Made by a program: the position numbers and the translations under genes
Shown here: positions 12,086 to 25,361 of the stretch, piece by piece
Numbering within the stretch: position 1 is the first letter of the stretch
Layout: every line of letters begins with the position of its first letter
Notes under the pieces: generated by a model
The model's input: the letters and a program-made list of their open reading frames with translations, nothing else
Database searches by the model: none
Told to the model about the DNA's origin: nothing
Source: Squalus acanthias
Lineage: Eukaryota
Length of the DNA: 64,000 nt
NCBI GenBank assembly: GCA_030390025.1
Contig: CM059432.1
Coordinates: 91,266,001-91,330,000 of the forward strand
Direction of reading: 5' to 3'

Positions 12086-13232
12086 ATGAAACCCCAGATC
12101 CCTGTTGCTCACCACGTCCCCATCATACCGTCCCTCTGTCACAGGCATCACAGCACCCTTCGGGACACAAAGCTGACATGAGAGCCACAACAAAACAAAC
12201 ATTCCAAACAAAATGAATAAATTTATCAGTATTCAATTAACATTACAATATGAACTAATCATCCTTGTGCAATCCCTTAGTGCCTGTCGTTCATGTGCCT
12301 TTTCCTACTCTAGTGCTCCCGCAGTGACTGCAGCATGGTTGGTGGAAGGTTGCTGAGTTCCCGTGGGGGAGACTACAGATGACCTTGCAGGATGACCTCG
12401 AGCTGCTCTGGACCTGGAAGGCCCGGCTGTAGACTGCACCACCTCGGCATGGGTGACCGCAGTCTGGGCTGGCTGGCTGACGGGCAGCGGCAAGGGCAAT
12501 GCCGGAGTGGCAGTGGTGGGAACAGGAATGCTGTCATCCTGAGAGAGGACAGCAGGGTCCTGCTCCACAGACACACTGCCACTCCCCCAGTGCAGCGCCT
12601 CAGCATTCCTAGCGATCTGTTGGAGCAGAGATTGCTGGCCTGCTACGATACCTTGCAAACCCCTTTCGACACTGGTAAATCCAGCTGCAATTCCAGCAGT
12701 CTGAGCTTGGGTGTCAGCAAGCTGAGCCTGCAGGAGAGCAGTCTGAGCTTTCACTGTAGCACTGAGACGTTGGGCCGTTGCCGCCTGTGCTGCAATGGAA
12801 GCCGTGACATCGCCCATCACACGCAGTATCATGGCTGAGTTCACAAGGTCTCTCCTGGAGTTGTCCATCATTTCCAGCCTGGAAATCATGGGCTCCAGGC
12901 TCTGCGCAAAGGCCCGTCCAATGTTGGTGCTGGACTCCTCCATCCTTCTTGCCATTGCCAAGAGACTCTCTGCCAGGCTTGCTATTGCACCTAGTATTTT
13001 GGTGTGATGGCCGCCCCATCGAGGTATCATCTGAGTCGTGTGTAGCAGAACTCATGCGCGAACTCGCCCTCCAGGGAGCTGGCACCCGAGCTACCCTTTC
13101 CCCCTGGCCTTGCTGCAGTCCACTCGTGCCCGGTGCCTCACCCTGTGCAGATCCTGCCTCTTTACCACCCTCTACGCTCTGCGCAATGTCAGCTTCTGAG
13201 CTGGTGTCTGCAGTGTTAGATGCAGTGACGGT

Positions 13233-13395
13233 TAATGTTTTATTTTTTGGATGCGTAGCCCCTTTAAGGGGCTGCGTGACCCATTCACAAGTTTTGCACA
13301 TGAAACTAACATTAAAAAAGCTTTAAGGGGCTGTGCGGGACTGGCAGAGAACTGCGCATCTATGTGACCGCGCAGCTTATAAGGAACATTCATTG
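13233..13395. mobile_element. hAT-like MITE (~163 bp) inserted in Myb exon 3
   Basis: 8-bp TSD gtgacggt (13225-13232) / gtgatggt (13396-13403). Decayed CAATGTT...AACATTG-type ends. Related copy at 57581-57742. Confidence 0.65.
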
Positions 13396-13568
13396 GTGAT
13401 GGTGTGTCTTCTTTCCCACTCTCCTCCATCACTTCGGGGACAGGCTCGCCTGCTGGCAGTTCTTGGTTATCTGAAAGCAGAAAGGCACAAGAGTTGGGTT
13501 GTGGTGAGGGGAGGGGGGGCGGGGGGGAAAGCAAGATGTCCATGCATACAGCATCAGCAGCTTATAAG

Positions 13569-14718
13569 TTTTTTTTTTATTCGTTCATGGGATGTGGGTG
13601 TTGCTGGCAAGGCCAGCATTTATTGCCCATCCCTAATTGCCCTTGAGAAAGTGGTGGTGAGCAGCCTTCTTGAACCGCTGCAGTCCGTGTGGTGAAGGTA
13701 CTCCCACAGGGCTGTTAGGTAGGGAGTTCCAGGATTTTGACCCAGCGACGATGAAGGAACAGCGATATATTTCCAAGTCAGGATGGTGTGTGACTTTAAG
13801 GGGAACTTGGAGGTGATGGTGTTCCCATGTGCCTGCTGCCCTTGTCCTTCTAGGTGGAAGAGGTCGCGGGTTTGGGAGGTGCTGCCGAAGAAGCCTTGGC
13901 GGGTTGTTGCAGTGCATCTTGTAGATGGTACACACTGCAGCCATGGTACGCCGGTGGTGGAGGGAGTGAATGTTTAAGGTGGTGGATGGTGTGCCAATCA
14001 AGCGGGCTGCTTTGTCCTGGATGGTGTCGAGCTTCTTGAGTGTTGTTGGGGTTGCACTCATCCAGGCAAGTGGAGAGTATTCCATCACACTACTTACTTG
14101 TGCCTTGTAGATGGTGGAAAGTTCTTTGGGGAGTCAGGAGGTGAGACACTCGCCGCAGAATACCTAGCCTCTGACCTGCTCTTGTTGTCACAGTATTTAT
14201 GTGGCTGGTCCAGTTAAGTTTCTGGTCAATGGTGACCCCCAGGATGTTGCTAGTGGGGGATTCAGCGATGGTAATGCCGTTGAATATCAAGGGGAGATGG
14301 TTAGACTCTCGCTTGTTGGAGATAATCATTGCCTAGCACTTGTGTGGCGCGAATGTTACCTGCCACTTATCAGCCCAAGCCTGAACGTCGTCCGGGTCTT
14401 GTTGCATGCGGGCATGGACTGCTTCATTATCTGAGGAGTTGTGAATGGCGCTGAACACTGTGCAGTCATCAACGAACATCCCATTTCTGACCTTATGTTG
14501 GAGGGAAGGTCATTGATGAAGCAGCTGAAGATGGTTGGGCCTAGGACACTGCCCTGAGGAACTCCTGCAGCGATGTCCTGGGGTTATGATGATTGACTTT
14601 CAACCACCACAACCATCTTCCTTTGTGCGAGGTATGACTCCAGCCAGTGGAGCGTTTTCCCCCCGATTCCCATTGACTTCAGTTTTACTAGGGCTCCTTG
14701 ATGCCACACTCGGTCAAA
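13569..14718 (-). mobile_element. 5'-truncated CR1/L2-supergroup LINE with A-rich tail, in Myb intron 2
   Basis: ORFs 14090-14329 and 13633-14088 (ILGVTIDQKLNWTSHI, MEYSPLAWMS, LDTIQDKAARLI). T-run at 13569-13578 is the minus-strand A tail. Confidence 0.9.
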
Positions 14719-16624
14719 AGTGAGAAGAGATTGTGGGATGAGGGGGAAGTGGGATGTATGACCATACCATTATTGTCATCAAGGGCTTCACCTTCGCCTG
14801 TTGTCATGACCTCAGTTACTTCCCCTCCAATGATGTTGAGCACGGACTCCTCCAGTTGGCTCAAGGTCTGAACAGCGGCTTGGCCACTTCCCATCTGCCG
14901 TTGTTCATGGCAGTTCTGAGCCACTTTTGCCTGCAAGAGAAAGGGAAGTGTGTCAGTGAGTGTGGTGCAATGTGTTTGGGTGATGTGCCTGCCATAGTTG
15001 AATAGCTGTCAGTGTGTGCAAGGTGTGAGATGTGGGTGTGAGTGTTGCAGCAGTGTGTGAGGCTTGTGGTGCAGATGGTGGGATATGGCATTTGCTGAAG
15101 CCTTCACTCACCTTGACCTGACGTGTGAGGTCATTAAACTTCTTTCAGCACTGGTTCCACATCCTTGGCACGACACAGTTGGCTGTGACATAGGTAGCTA
15201 TCGCCTGCCAGAGCCTTCTACTGGTAGCCTTTGATGGCCTCCTGCCACCCTGCGGGAACAGGACACCCCACCTTATCTCAACTACGATGACCAAGGCCTG
15301 GAGTGCAGCATCCGTAAACCTTTTGGCTCTTTCTCTGGGTTGTTGTTGCTGTGCCATGGTTTTAGACAATGAGGTGCTGCTGCATCAAAGCTCTTCCCCT
15401 TTAAGTAGTGGAGAGCGCCTAGGCCAAACATTATTGGCCATTAGATTGCACCTGATATTGGCCCACCCGTGAGCGCTAAGCCAATCAACATCGTGTTTAG
15501 CGCTGAGATCAGTGCTCCAATCATTATAATGAGCAGGCAGCATGAATTACCTATGAAATCCTATGTAAATTTTGCATGCTGTCTGGACCACTTTCAACAG
15601 GTGCAGGCAAATAGCGCTGGCCCTTGACACTGCCCGTTTTCAGTCTAATCCAATTTCTAGGCCAGAATTTTTATTTTAGGTTTCCTTGTGGGCCAGGAGG
15701 AGCAAGAGTGCTTCTAGGTCTCTTTAGAACTTACCTATTCAATGTGCCTACGCCATCTTCCCCAACTCTCCTTCCTAATCCTACCTAGGTCTGACTTCCA
15801 CTTTAGGAAATGTTTTGGGCCATTTTGCTGCATTAAAGCTGCTGTCTAAGTGCAAGTACCCATTGCCATGAGTAAATACTATAAAAATGGAGGGATTACT
15901 TGCCACTCCCTTGCTAAGGATTTAAAGAAGGGAGAAAAATAACACATGAAGGAAGTTAGAGTAATCGTTTGAAGTTGTTTAAAATTTGGGATATCACAAG
16001 AACCAAATTGTCACATTGCGACAATGTAAAAATTACTGGCAAAATTGAGAATGTTACAATAAAATCATAATAGCTGGTTTACAGGTTTGTGTTTAACAGT
16101 AAGTGCTGATTAGATCATGGGATGGAGAGGAATGAACAGGAGGAGCTGCTTAACTCAGCGGTGTGAGTGAATTGAACTGACAGGAGTAGATTCAGATATT
16201 AAATCCAGGTGCCTCAGCAAGCTTACCATATAAATTGCACATGACGGATAATTATACGAATTCGCGCCACCAGGAGTGCACAATGTGGGTGCGTGCTTTC
16301 CAACACAGATTCATAAAATTATCCCTATGAATTTAACTTCTTAGCATTTCATCTTCTAGTCATGTGGCAGAATATCAGTGTTTTATTTGCCGTAGAATAA
16401 TTTTTAAAATCAAGGCCTTTTTGACCCTGTAATGACAGTAATGTACATAACTAATGATGGCTCCTTTTTAAACTATCCTCCCTGAACTCAATCTCTACTA
16501 TAGCATCCATTTATTGAAACTAATGTTACTTTAATAGAAAAAAGATGAAAACTTTGCTCTTGGTTTGCTATCACTCCACTGTGTAGAGTGACCAGCCAAA
16601 CTCCACCCTGGATTCAACAGCTGA

Positions 16625-17087
16625 AATGTGGGCGTCACTGGCAAGGCCAACATTTATTGCCCATTCCTAATTGCCGTTGAGAAGGTGGTGGTGAGCCGCC
16701 TTTTTGAACAGCTGCAGTCCGTGTGGTGAAGGTATTGTTTTTCATAGCGGTTTGTTACAACTGAGTGGCTTGCTAGGCCATTTCAGAGGGCAGTAAAGCG
16801 TCAACCACATTGCTGTGGGTCTGGAGTCACATATAGACCAGACCAGGTAAGGTAAGGACGGCAGATTTCCTTCCCTAAAGGACATTAGTGAACCAGATGG
16901 GTTTTTACGACAATCCGGTAGTTTCATGGTCACCAGTACTGATACGAGCTTTTTAATTCCAGATTTATTTAATTAACTGAATTTAAATTCCCCAGCTGCC
17001 ATGGTGGGATTTGAACTCACGTCTCTGGATCATTAATCCAGACGTCTGGAATACTAATCCAGTAGTATAACTACTATGCTATTGTAC
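16625..17087 (-). mobile_element. tRNA-derived SINE with a 3' tail homologous to the LINE family at 13569
   Basis: Minus strand shows an A-box-like TAGCATAGTAG and a B-box GAGTTCAAATCC. Segment 16625-16735 matches the LINE 3' end at ~13593-13700. Confidence 0.75.
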
Positions 17088-19402
17088 ACACACACACCTC
17101 CCCGCCCACCCCCCCCCCCCCCCACCCAATTAGGGAGGGGGCATCAGGCAAGTGGGCAGAGGTGCCTGATTTTTTTTGAAAACTTTAAATTGTGACCTCC
17201 CTTTCAATACCTGTTCTAAATGTCTGGAACACTGCTCACAATAACCCTCTGCATTATGGGTTGGCTGCCTTAATTAAATTGAACTGGAGATGGGGGCCTG
17301 AAAAGCTTGTGCACAGGCTCCCAGCTCCTTTTGTACCTGTCACCTTCATTGGGGCATGCTGGGCACCTAGGGCACATTGTAGGCCTTCAGCCTCTGTGCC
17401 TGATTTTCCAGAGAGTGCCTGCCACTGTATGAACAGCCTCTTTCTACTAATACAAAGGTATTTCTATTTCTGTCTTAATTCACACTCTACTTGAGTCTGC
17501 CCTGGCTCTTGACTGGCTTTTCAGTCACTGTTCTGCACACTAACTGCTCATCTATACCGCTGACCAAATTGATTTCCCACAGAATCTTTTAGTCTCCCAC
17601 ATGTTTTATATGTATGCAGAGCTCATGATATCTTCCAATTGTTACACAGTAGTTTACATAGCATCAATTTGCACTTAACAGAATAAATCATCTTGTTCCC
17701 ACAGCTACATAATGAGACTTGATAGTTTACAGAAAAATAAACCATTAAGTGAATCTAGTCTACATAACTCATGAGACCAGTATGTGCCCAATGTCATTCA
17801 CTGGTCATTTTTACAGAAGCCACTGAGTCCCCCAAGGATACTCTGTTACTGCTCTAAGCCAATTCCCTCCAATGATGCCGTCAGGTATTTCTCTTTAAAC
17901 ATTTATTTTAAATTAACAACCAAAACCAGAAAGATGTTTAAGAAGGGGTACTGATGCAGAAGCACTGTCTTCAAGTCCTTTGAACAAGGTATATGGCTTT
18001 CTCTGTGAAATATTTTGCATTAGGTTAACAATATGCTTTTAAGATGTAAGCAGTGCACTCTTCACATAAATTATTCTGGTGATCACTGAACTCTTCACAT
18101 TCAGTTCAAAACAAACATATGCCTGTAATGTTTCCCATAATAAGACCATCTCAACATACGCTGAACATATGTAGTAAGACATGATCCAGACAATGTGGCT
18201 ATGTGATTCACACTGGAATGTTGAGTTAGAGAATATGAATCAAATTAACCAGTAATTTTCTACTATACACAGCACACTGCTCTGGAGCTCCCTCTGGTTC
18301 AGTGATATCTTATTTGTGTCACATGATTGCAGATAATATACCTATTTTCAGCTAGCGTGGACATCCTATTTTATGTTTAAATAATTTTAATCCACCTAGC
18401 TTTTTAAAATGTGCTCCAGTGTGTGTGTATACGTAGAGAAAATATACAATTTCACTTGTTATTATCTGATACAAACTCACTTTGCTATGGCAGCAAAATG
18501 AATTTTGTCCTTCCAGCCATTTAGGTTTGAAGTGGTGAATAGACTATATTTGTACAAGCTTGCTACACAACCTTACCCAATGCTTTCCCGTTCTATATGC
18601 CACAACTTGGGAAATACATTAATGAGATACCGCACTTCTAATGGATCAGATTTAATCCATTTAATGATTTCTAAACCATATTTCAAGCAGAAACATACAA
18701 ACAAGCAAGGCATCTTCAGCATTATCAACGGCAAACAGAAAAACAATGTTGATTTTGTTAGTTGCCATGAATTAGCAACCAGATTAAAGTAAGTAAGCAT
18801 TCTGAATGGTCTAATTAACAGGAATTAATGTGTGTTCAATTAATTTAGATCAGAGCAGGGCACACAATTTCTCCTTCTCCAAGCACCATCACATTGTATG
18901 AGCAAATCTGTACATTGACCTGTCTGCTAATGCTTATGATGAATGCGCCAGTGAGTTTCATGCTGGCACTGGGGGCACATAGTTTATTAAGGGAGCTAAG
19001 TGTGATTATTTTTTAAACTTATTTACTTCTAAAATGGAAATTTTCATTCATTATGGAAGCATTTTTTTGAATATGTATTTTTTATTTTGTCAGTTAAGGA
19101 ATTGGTTCTCAAATTCAGCCAAACACACATTGTTCCAAGATCAGTGGAGTGATGGACGCGCTAGTGACCCAGCGGAGTCTTGTTCATATCCAACCTTGGC
19201 TGAAACACCCAAACTGGAGTCTCCCCATTCCTTGCATCTGAAAAATAGCACTCCCGGTAGGGCAGCTGGCATAATTTCTTAAATCTGCTCTTTTAAATTA
19301 TGTATTATTATTTTACAAATTACCAATGATAGATTTTAATGTTAGTAATTCTCTCAGTAACCATGATGATTTTTATAACCACACTCCTTCAATCAACTCT
19401 AT

Positions 19403-20156
19403 GGGGGAGAAATTCGGCTGCTTTGCATCCCCCATTAGCGCCTGGGGGGCGCGGTAATGGGGCGCTAAGGGGTTAGCGACTGGGCGTGGCGAATTCAGCG
19501 ACGCTCGTGAACTTCCCTGCCGGTTTAGCACTGGCGCTAACACTTACCACCTCGCCCTCTAGCGCCTCGCAAATCGTGACGTCATAAAGTGTGCAGCGTC
19601 CCGTTACCGCCCTGGATGTGAAATTGCTTCCTGCCCCCTGCTGTATCGCCGGGCGTCAGCAACGGCAGGAAGAGGAGGCATTGTCACATTGGCTGGCCAC
19701 TTGGGGAGCGCGAATTAAAGGCAGTGGTTTTCAGGTCGGTCAAACTTTATTCTTTGCACCAGTCTGGTGCCTGCTGAAAGTTTTCGATACTTTGTTGCTG
19801 CGAGATGTCCAAGCCCCCCACTCTCTGACAGTGTTTGAGGCTGTAATGGCAGTCGCGCAGGTCGCCTGGCAACACAGCACTGAGCAGAAGTATGTTGTGC
19901 ACCATCATTGGCCCTTCCCTTTAAGCGAGGGAAGCAGCCTCCGATGCTCGACATTGTTCAGCGCTCTGCTGCTACCACCCCGCTCTCGCATTTTAGCGCC
20001 CTAAGAGAAGTGGTTAGCGTTTGATTTAGTGTTCCACTTCCCACTTGGAGCGCTAAAGCTCAATTTCCTGGGAGCAGAAAATGATTATCGCCTGGCGATA
20101 CCTTTCTGAGATTTCAATTTATCGCCCCAAATGGGGCGCTATGGAATTTCTAGCCC
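19403..20156 (+). mobile_element. Non-autonomous Harbinger-like element B related to A and M
   Basis: TIRs GGGGGAGAAATTC / GAATTTCTAGCCC. Subterminal TAGCGCC repeats and TGACGTCA as in copy A. Flanked by AT/AT. Confidence 0.85.
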
Positions 20157-22354
20157 ATTGTCTTCTACTCCACAATCAGATTTGAACGGTCATTAGAATC
20201 AGTAAGGAAAAAATGTATTTAAATAGGTTGAAAGTTCAGTGATGACTGAAAATAGTGCCACAACACAAATTCTTCAAGTAAATTAGGTAAACAAGAACAC
20301 AATGCTGTAAGTATGAAATAAAAGCTGGAAATGCACACTAGGATCAACCAGCATCCGAAGAAAACTGATGGATTAATATTTTGGGTGAGTCTATTGGTAT
20401 GATAATTGTTATTGGTTAAATAAAAAAATTCATTTTAGCTTGTACAGTAGGCTGTGACTTCAGATATCCAATTTGTAAATAAAATTCTATCCTTAAAATG
20501 TAGTAACAGATAAACAAATAAGATTTTTATAGTTAATGTCTCTGATTTCTTTGAAGTAACTAGCAAAAGAAGCTGCTGTTTTACAACGTCAGATGTTGGA
20601 TGAGAAACATGCCATACCGGACAGGAGGAGCTGGCACATATCTCATCAGCAAAACATGAGAAGGTACTTGAGTAGAAAATCACAATCTGTTTGCCACAGG
20701 CTATTTTCCAGTGCTTCATGCAATATGCTGTGCACGCATCTTTTTCTTCTCCTTTTGAAAATTAAATGAGATACTCCCAACCAATGACTTGGTGCTGTTG
20801 TCAGCATGTACAAACATCATGCTCAAATTTCTTCATGTTTCTGAGGGAATATGTAAACGAGGAAGTTGTCTAGGTCTGATTAGAATTTAGTTTATTTAAG
20901 GCTACAGATGGAACACCATCTTTTTAATGTTATATACGAGTAGCAATGGAGCAGATGAAAATTGACATTCAAATACAAATGTGAGACTTCCTTGAACCTA
21001 CTGGTGATTAGATTTATAAATAGAGAAAACCTTGCATAAGTATTTGTACGTTCATTTAAAGATTGCAACAGCATCTCTGAGTAAATTAAGTCAGCAAAGC
21101 AAGTGTGATTTTCATTCGTTTATTGTAGCAGACATATTTCCTTTTCAAAAGATTTTAAAAGGTTTTAATTGAACACTGTTAACAATTTCAAAAATAAAAA
21201 CAGAAAAGGCTGTGATATGGAGAATAAGCAGGAATGCATCTTTCTCTTTTAAGTATTGACCAATCTGCCGCACTGCCAACTTTTTCTGTCCTAATTCCAA
21301 ATATCCAATATTAACCGTTTGCTTTTTATCTCTAGCAATTTGTGAATGCTGGATCAGCTCACTGTTTTGATGGAAACATATTATGGTTTAAAGAAATGTT
21401 TTCTTCTGGTGATGAGCCAAAAAGCAGTAACCCATTTAAAAATGAAATGTATATGTGAAGCAGACAATAGCTCCAACTGTTCAGAAGTGCAAGTGATTTC
21501 GCCAAAAATATGTGCCTGGTTAGTGGTATCCACTAAATTAAAAGCTGGTTATTCATGAACATGCTTATAATGGTGCTGTTGTCACACAAGGCAGTGGCCC
21601 CATCTGCTCTGAGTTGAACAAACAATAGATCACCATATTTGTGATGCTTAACCTACAAGCTCTGTTCATTTTCCTCTGGGTGGAATAAAATGTAGATCAT
21701 CATGGTTTAAAATAAAACAGTTGCTGTGCATTCTCTTGAGTCGTAGCTGGCAGCCTGCGCTTTAAAAAAAATTCCCTATGTCAGGATCTTAAGTCACAAT
21801 GTAGCAATAATTCACAGGATTCATTCCCCCTATTTTTAAATGTTTTCCAATGCAGCTATTTTATAGGTGATACAAATTGCACTTTAATGACCGAACAGGA
21901 AATGAAATTCACATTTCTCTAGTGTATAGTGACCTTCAAGCTATTTAGACTCTTGACTAGGAGAGAACAGAAGGACTGACCCATGAACGCAGAGTGAACT
22001 GTGCCTAAGCTCTTCTCCGTATTAAGTGACAGGCTTTACTGTTCCACAGGGATTTGGAGACTGTGAGGTCTCAGTGAGACAAATCATTTGAATTTACCAC
22101 CATTCAGACCAGTACGGAGTTGATTTGAGTGGGCGATCCTTTTGAAATAATGGGATAGCACGTAGAGGAAGGAACTTTTCTTTCCTTTTGTGCTTCTGCA
22201 TGTATGAGTCCCTATTTCACACACTCCACTGAGAATTTATGCTAAAGCAGGTGGGTGTCTTTTGTTCTTTGTTGGCGGTTTAGTGGCAAACTTCTGATTC
22301 AATTGGCTTTCCTGCTAAGTGTCCACTTTACTACTATGTTTAATGATCTCGATG

Positions 22355-22646
22355 GGGTCGATTTTGACTTTGTCTGATGTTTCGGTGTCCAGTGGGCAGG
22401 GTGATCAGGCTGCTCACTTGATGAAATGTGTGAGAGGCTCCAACTATTTTGACCGTCCGGCCTCATTCGCCTGTGATTAGCGAACCGCCCACAAGCTTTC
22501 AGGCACTGATTTGGTAGCTCGCCATTGAGAAGAGTGGGATTTCCGGCGGGCCCGGCACCTATTTAAAGGCAGGTTGCACCTCTTAAAGCCAAATCACCTC
22601 TGCTACCACCCCATTTACAACAGGAGGGCTGAGGGAAAATCGGCCC
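22355..22646. mobile_element. Harbinger-like MITE
   Basis: TIRs GGGTCGATTTT / AAAATCGGCCC and an internal CTATTTAAAGG. Confidence 0.6.
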
Positions 22647-23518
22647 TGTTTTTCATTTACATTTATTAGATTTGCAGGTGTTTTACCTGTTGGGAAAATG
22701 GTGATCCCTTGCAGTCTAGTAGGAGAGCATATACATCTTGTCATGTAAGTAGGCATATTTTGTTTTTTAACTGATTTATTAATCACAGAGCTGCCCAATA
22801 TTTTAATTGCAGCTTTAGATGAGACCAGTGCAGAGACTTTTTCTACGTCAATGGTATCTCTACCCTCTGCAACCTTTATCACAAAGAAACACAAGATCAG
22901 CAAGAATCTGGGAACACCATCTCTTACAAGTTCCCCTCCAAGTAACACAGCATCCTGACTTGGACACACACCACTGTTCATTTACCATTGGTGTATTATC
23001 ACCACAATGACTGTGGGTCATCTTCTCAGGACAAGTAGGAATAAACAATAATAATGCAGCCTTACCAGAATTGCTTACATCCCGAGAACAAATAAAACAA
23101 AAATTCCTCAATACACATTCTTTTCTCTGTCGCACAATTCTCTTAAAGAGGAAATAAAAACATAAAATGCTGGAAACACTCATAAGGCCAGGCAGCATCT
23201 GTGGAGAGAGAAACAGAACTAATGTTTCAAGTTGATGACATCTGTGCCACAAAGTCAGATCTAAGGTGCCCATCAGACCCATGCTAGAAAGACCAGCACA
23301 ACTAGCTTGGGTTGCAGGGTCTCCCTCACCCCCAAACAAAACTTAGGTGCCCTTTGTCAGGAGGCCACATTTAATTATTGAACAAAAAATTGCAGAATCT
23401 TTCCTTCAAGGTTCCAAGCCATAATCCCAGCCTGGACCAGGTAAACCCCACTTAGACTGATGGTTTCCAATGCTACCCCAGGTCCTTCTGAGGAATAGAG
23501 ACATGTAGGGAGTCCACA

Positions 23519-23584
23519 CATCACCTCAGGTATCACCCTATTATGCCCATCACCTCAAGTATCACCCTATTATGCCAATCACCT
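23519..23584. repeat. 29-bp tandem duplication (~2.3 copies)
   Basis: catcacctcaggtatcaccctattatgcc repeated directly. Confidence 0.85.
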
Positions 23585-23939
23585 TGTTTGGTGCATGCAA
23601 AACCATCCCATAATTCCTGAAGTCTGGGTACTGGTATATCTGAGTTCCGGCCTAATTTCACAACTAATTTCCAGCCCTTCCAGCAAACTCACGTCAAATT
23701 TATGGTGTGTGTCTTTTGTCTCCTTTATCTCTGATAATCGTGCTGAGATATCTTTTCATTCTCCCAACACTTCATCAACTCCTAATGTCCCTGCTCAATT
23801 CTGTCAAGAAATTTCCTCCTTACTATAGGAGGGATTGCAGTCTTGTGCTGATGCACTAATATCATTCATTACTAAGAACTCTTCTTGTATGCTACAATAT
23901 TCATTCAATTCAACAGCTGATATTGTAAAAGGTTCCCTC

Positions 23940-25361
23940 TCCTCAAATACTTACCCCTTCCCTTTGAAAACCATTTTTATTGCTCTCCCAACCTCATAAA
24001 AACCCACCCATGAACCCTCTGTCCTTGCAAAGTAACGCCCCATCTCCAGTCACTCTCTCCTCTCCAGATCCTTGAATGTGCTGTCACCTTATAAATCCAT
24101 GTTTGAGCCTTTCTGGAATTAGGTTCCCATCCCTGCCACATCACCAAAATAGCCCTAATCAAAGTCAGAAATGACATCCTCTGTGATTGTGACCATGGTG
24201 CATTATCATTCTTCATCTTCCTTACTTCTCTGCAGCCCATGATATGGTCGACCACACCGTCCTCCTCCTAAGCCTCTCCTCTGACATCCAGCACAGTGGG
24301 TCTGCACTTGCTTTGTTTCACTACCTATTTGATCATAGCCAGACCATTTCCTGTCTCCACACCATTACCTCCAGAGTTCCCCAAGAATCTATCCATGACC
24401 CCTCCTCATTCACATCTACATGCTGCCTCTTGACAACATTATCCACAGGCATGGGCTCAGATTCCCCATATACACTGACATCACTCAGCTCTACTTCTCC
24501 ACCACCTCTCTCAACCTCTCTACTGCATTTGTGTTCCAGTCTTAAATGAGCCACAATTTCTCCAGTTAAACTGTGGGAAGGCTGAAACCATTGTCTTTGA
24601 TCCCTGCCACAAACTCTGTACTCTTGCCGCTGATCCTCCTTCCCAGTCAATGTCTCAGGCTGAACCAGTCTGTTCACAACCTCAGCGCCTATTCAACACC
24701 AAGATGAGTTTCTTATCCCATATCCTTTTCATCACAAAGATCTCCTACTTCCACCTCTATAACTTTGCCCATCTCCACCCCTACTTCAGCCCATCTGTTG
24801 CTGAAATCCTCATCCGTTCCTTTGTCACCTCCAGACTCAACCATTCCATTGCACTCCTAGTTGGCGTCCCATCCTCCACTCTCCATAAACTTTAACTCAT
24901 CCAAGCTCTGCTGCCCATAACTTATCCTGCACCATGTCCCACTCACCCATCACCCCATCCTTGCTGACTTACATTGGCTTCCAGTCCCCAGTGCCTTTGA
25001 TTTATAATGATTATCCTTGTGTTTAAATCCCTTCACGGCTTCACCCTTTCCTATCTCTTTAACTTCCTCCAGCCCTACAATTCTCCCAAAGTCTCCATTC
25101 CTCCAGCTCTGATCTTTAAGTGCATCCCTCCCTTCGGCCATGCCCTCAACTGCTCAGTCCCCATGCTCTGGAATTACCTGCCTAACCCTCTCCACCTTCT
25201 TTTTCTACTTTAAGACCCACCTGAAACCACATCTCTTTGGCCCTGCCTCATAAATCTCCTTCTTTGGCTTGGCATCCATATATTTTTGATTATGCCTCTG
25301 TGAGGTGTATTGGAATTTGTTTACATTACAGGTGCTACATAAATGCAAGTTGTTGTTGTTG
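23940..25361 (+). mobile_element. Decayed L2 LINE, RT domain to 3' end
   Basis: Remnants ALIKVRNDILCDCD, VDHTVLL, VPQESI, EILIRSFVTSRL. Ends ...gctacataaatgcaag(ttg)n. Confidence 0.85.

Larger units (their letters stand above)
12305..15357 (-). pseudogene. Three-exon Myb/SANT-like partner gene of Harbinger F
   Basis: Exon 1, 15357-15112 (RERAKRFTDAALQALV...WNQC*KKFNDL), ends at GTGAGT. Exon 2 is 14930-14768. Exon 3 starts at 13470 and includes ORF 12305-13030 (Ala/Gln-rich helical region). AG/GT sites are canonical. Confidence 0.85.
10608..15663 (+). mobile_element. Decayed autonomous-type Harbinger F (left TIR missing) with nested insertions
   Basis: Convergent transposase and three-exon Myb-like pseudogenes. 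Right end ...CAATTTCTAGGCC at ~15651-15663. Confidence 0.85.

Noticed and set aside
16990..17087. tRNA genes (also 27690-27755)
   Set aside because: The A and B boxes belong to SINE heads; no complete cloverleaf.
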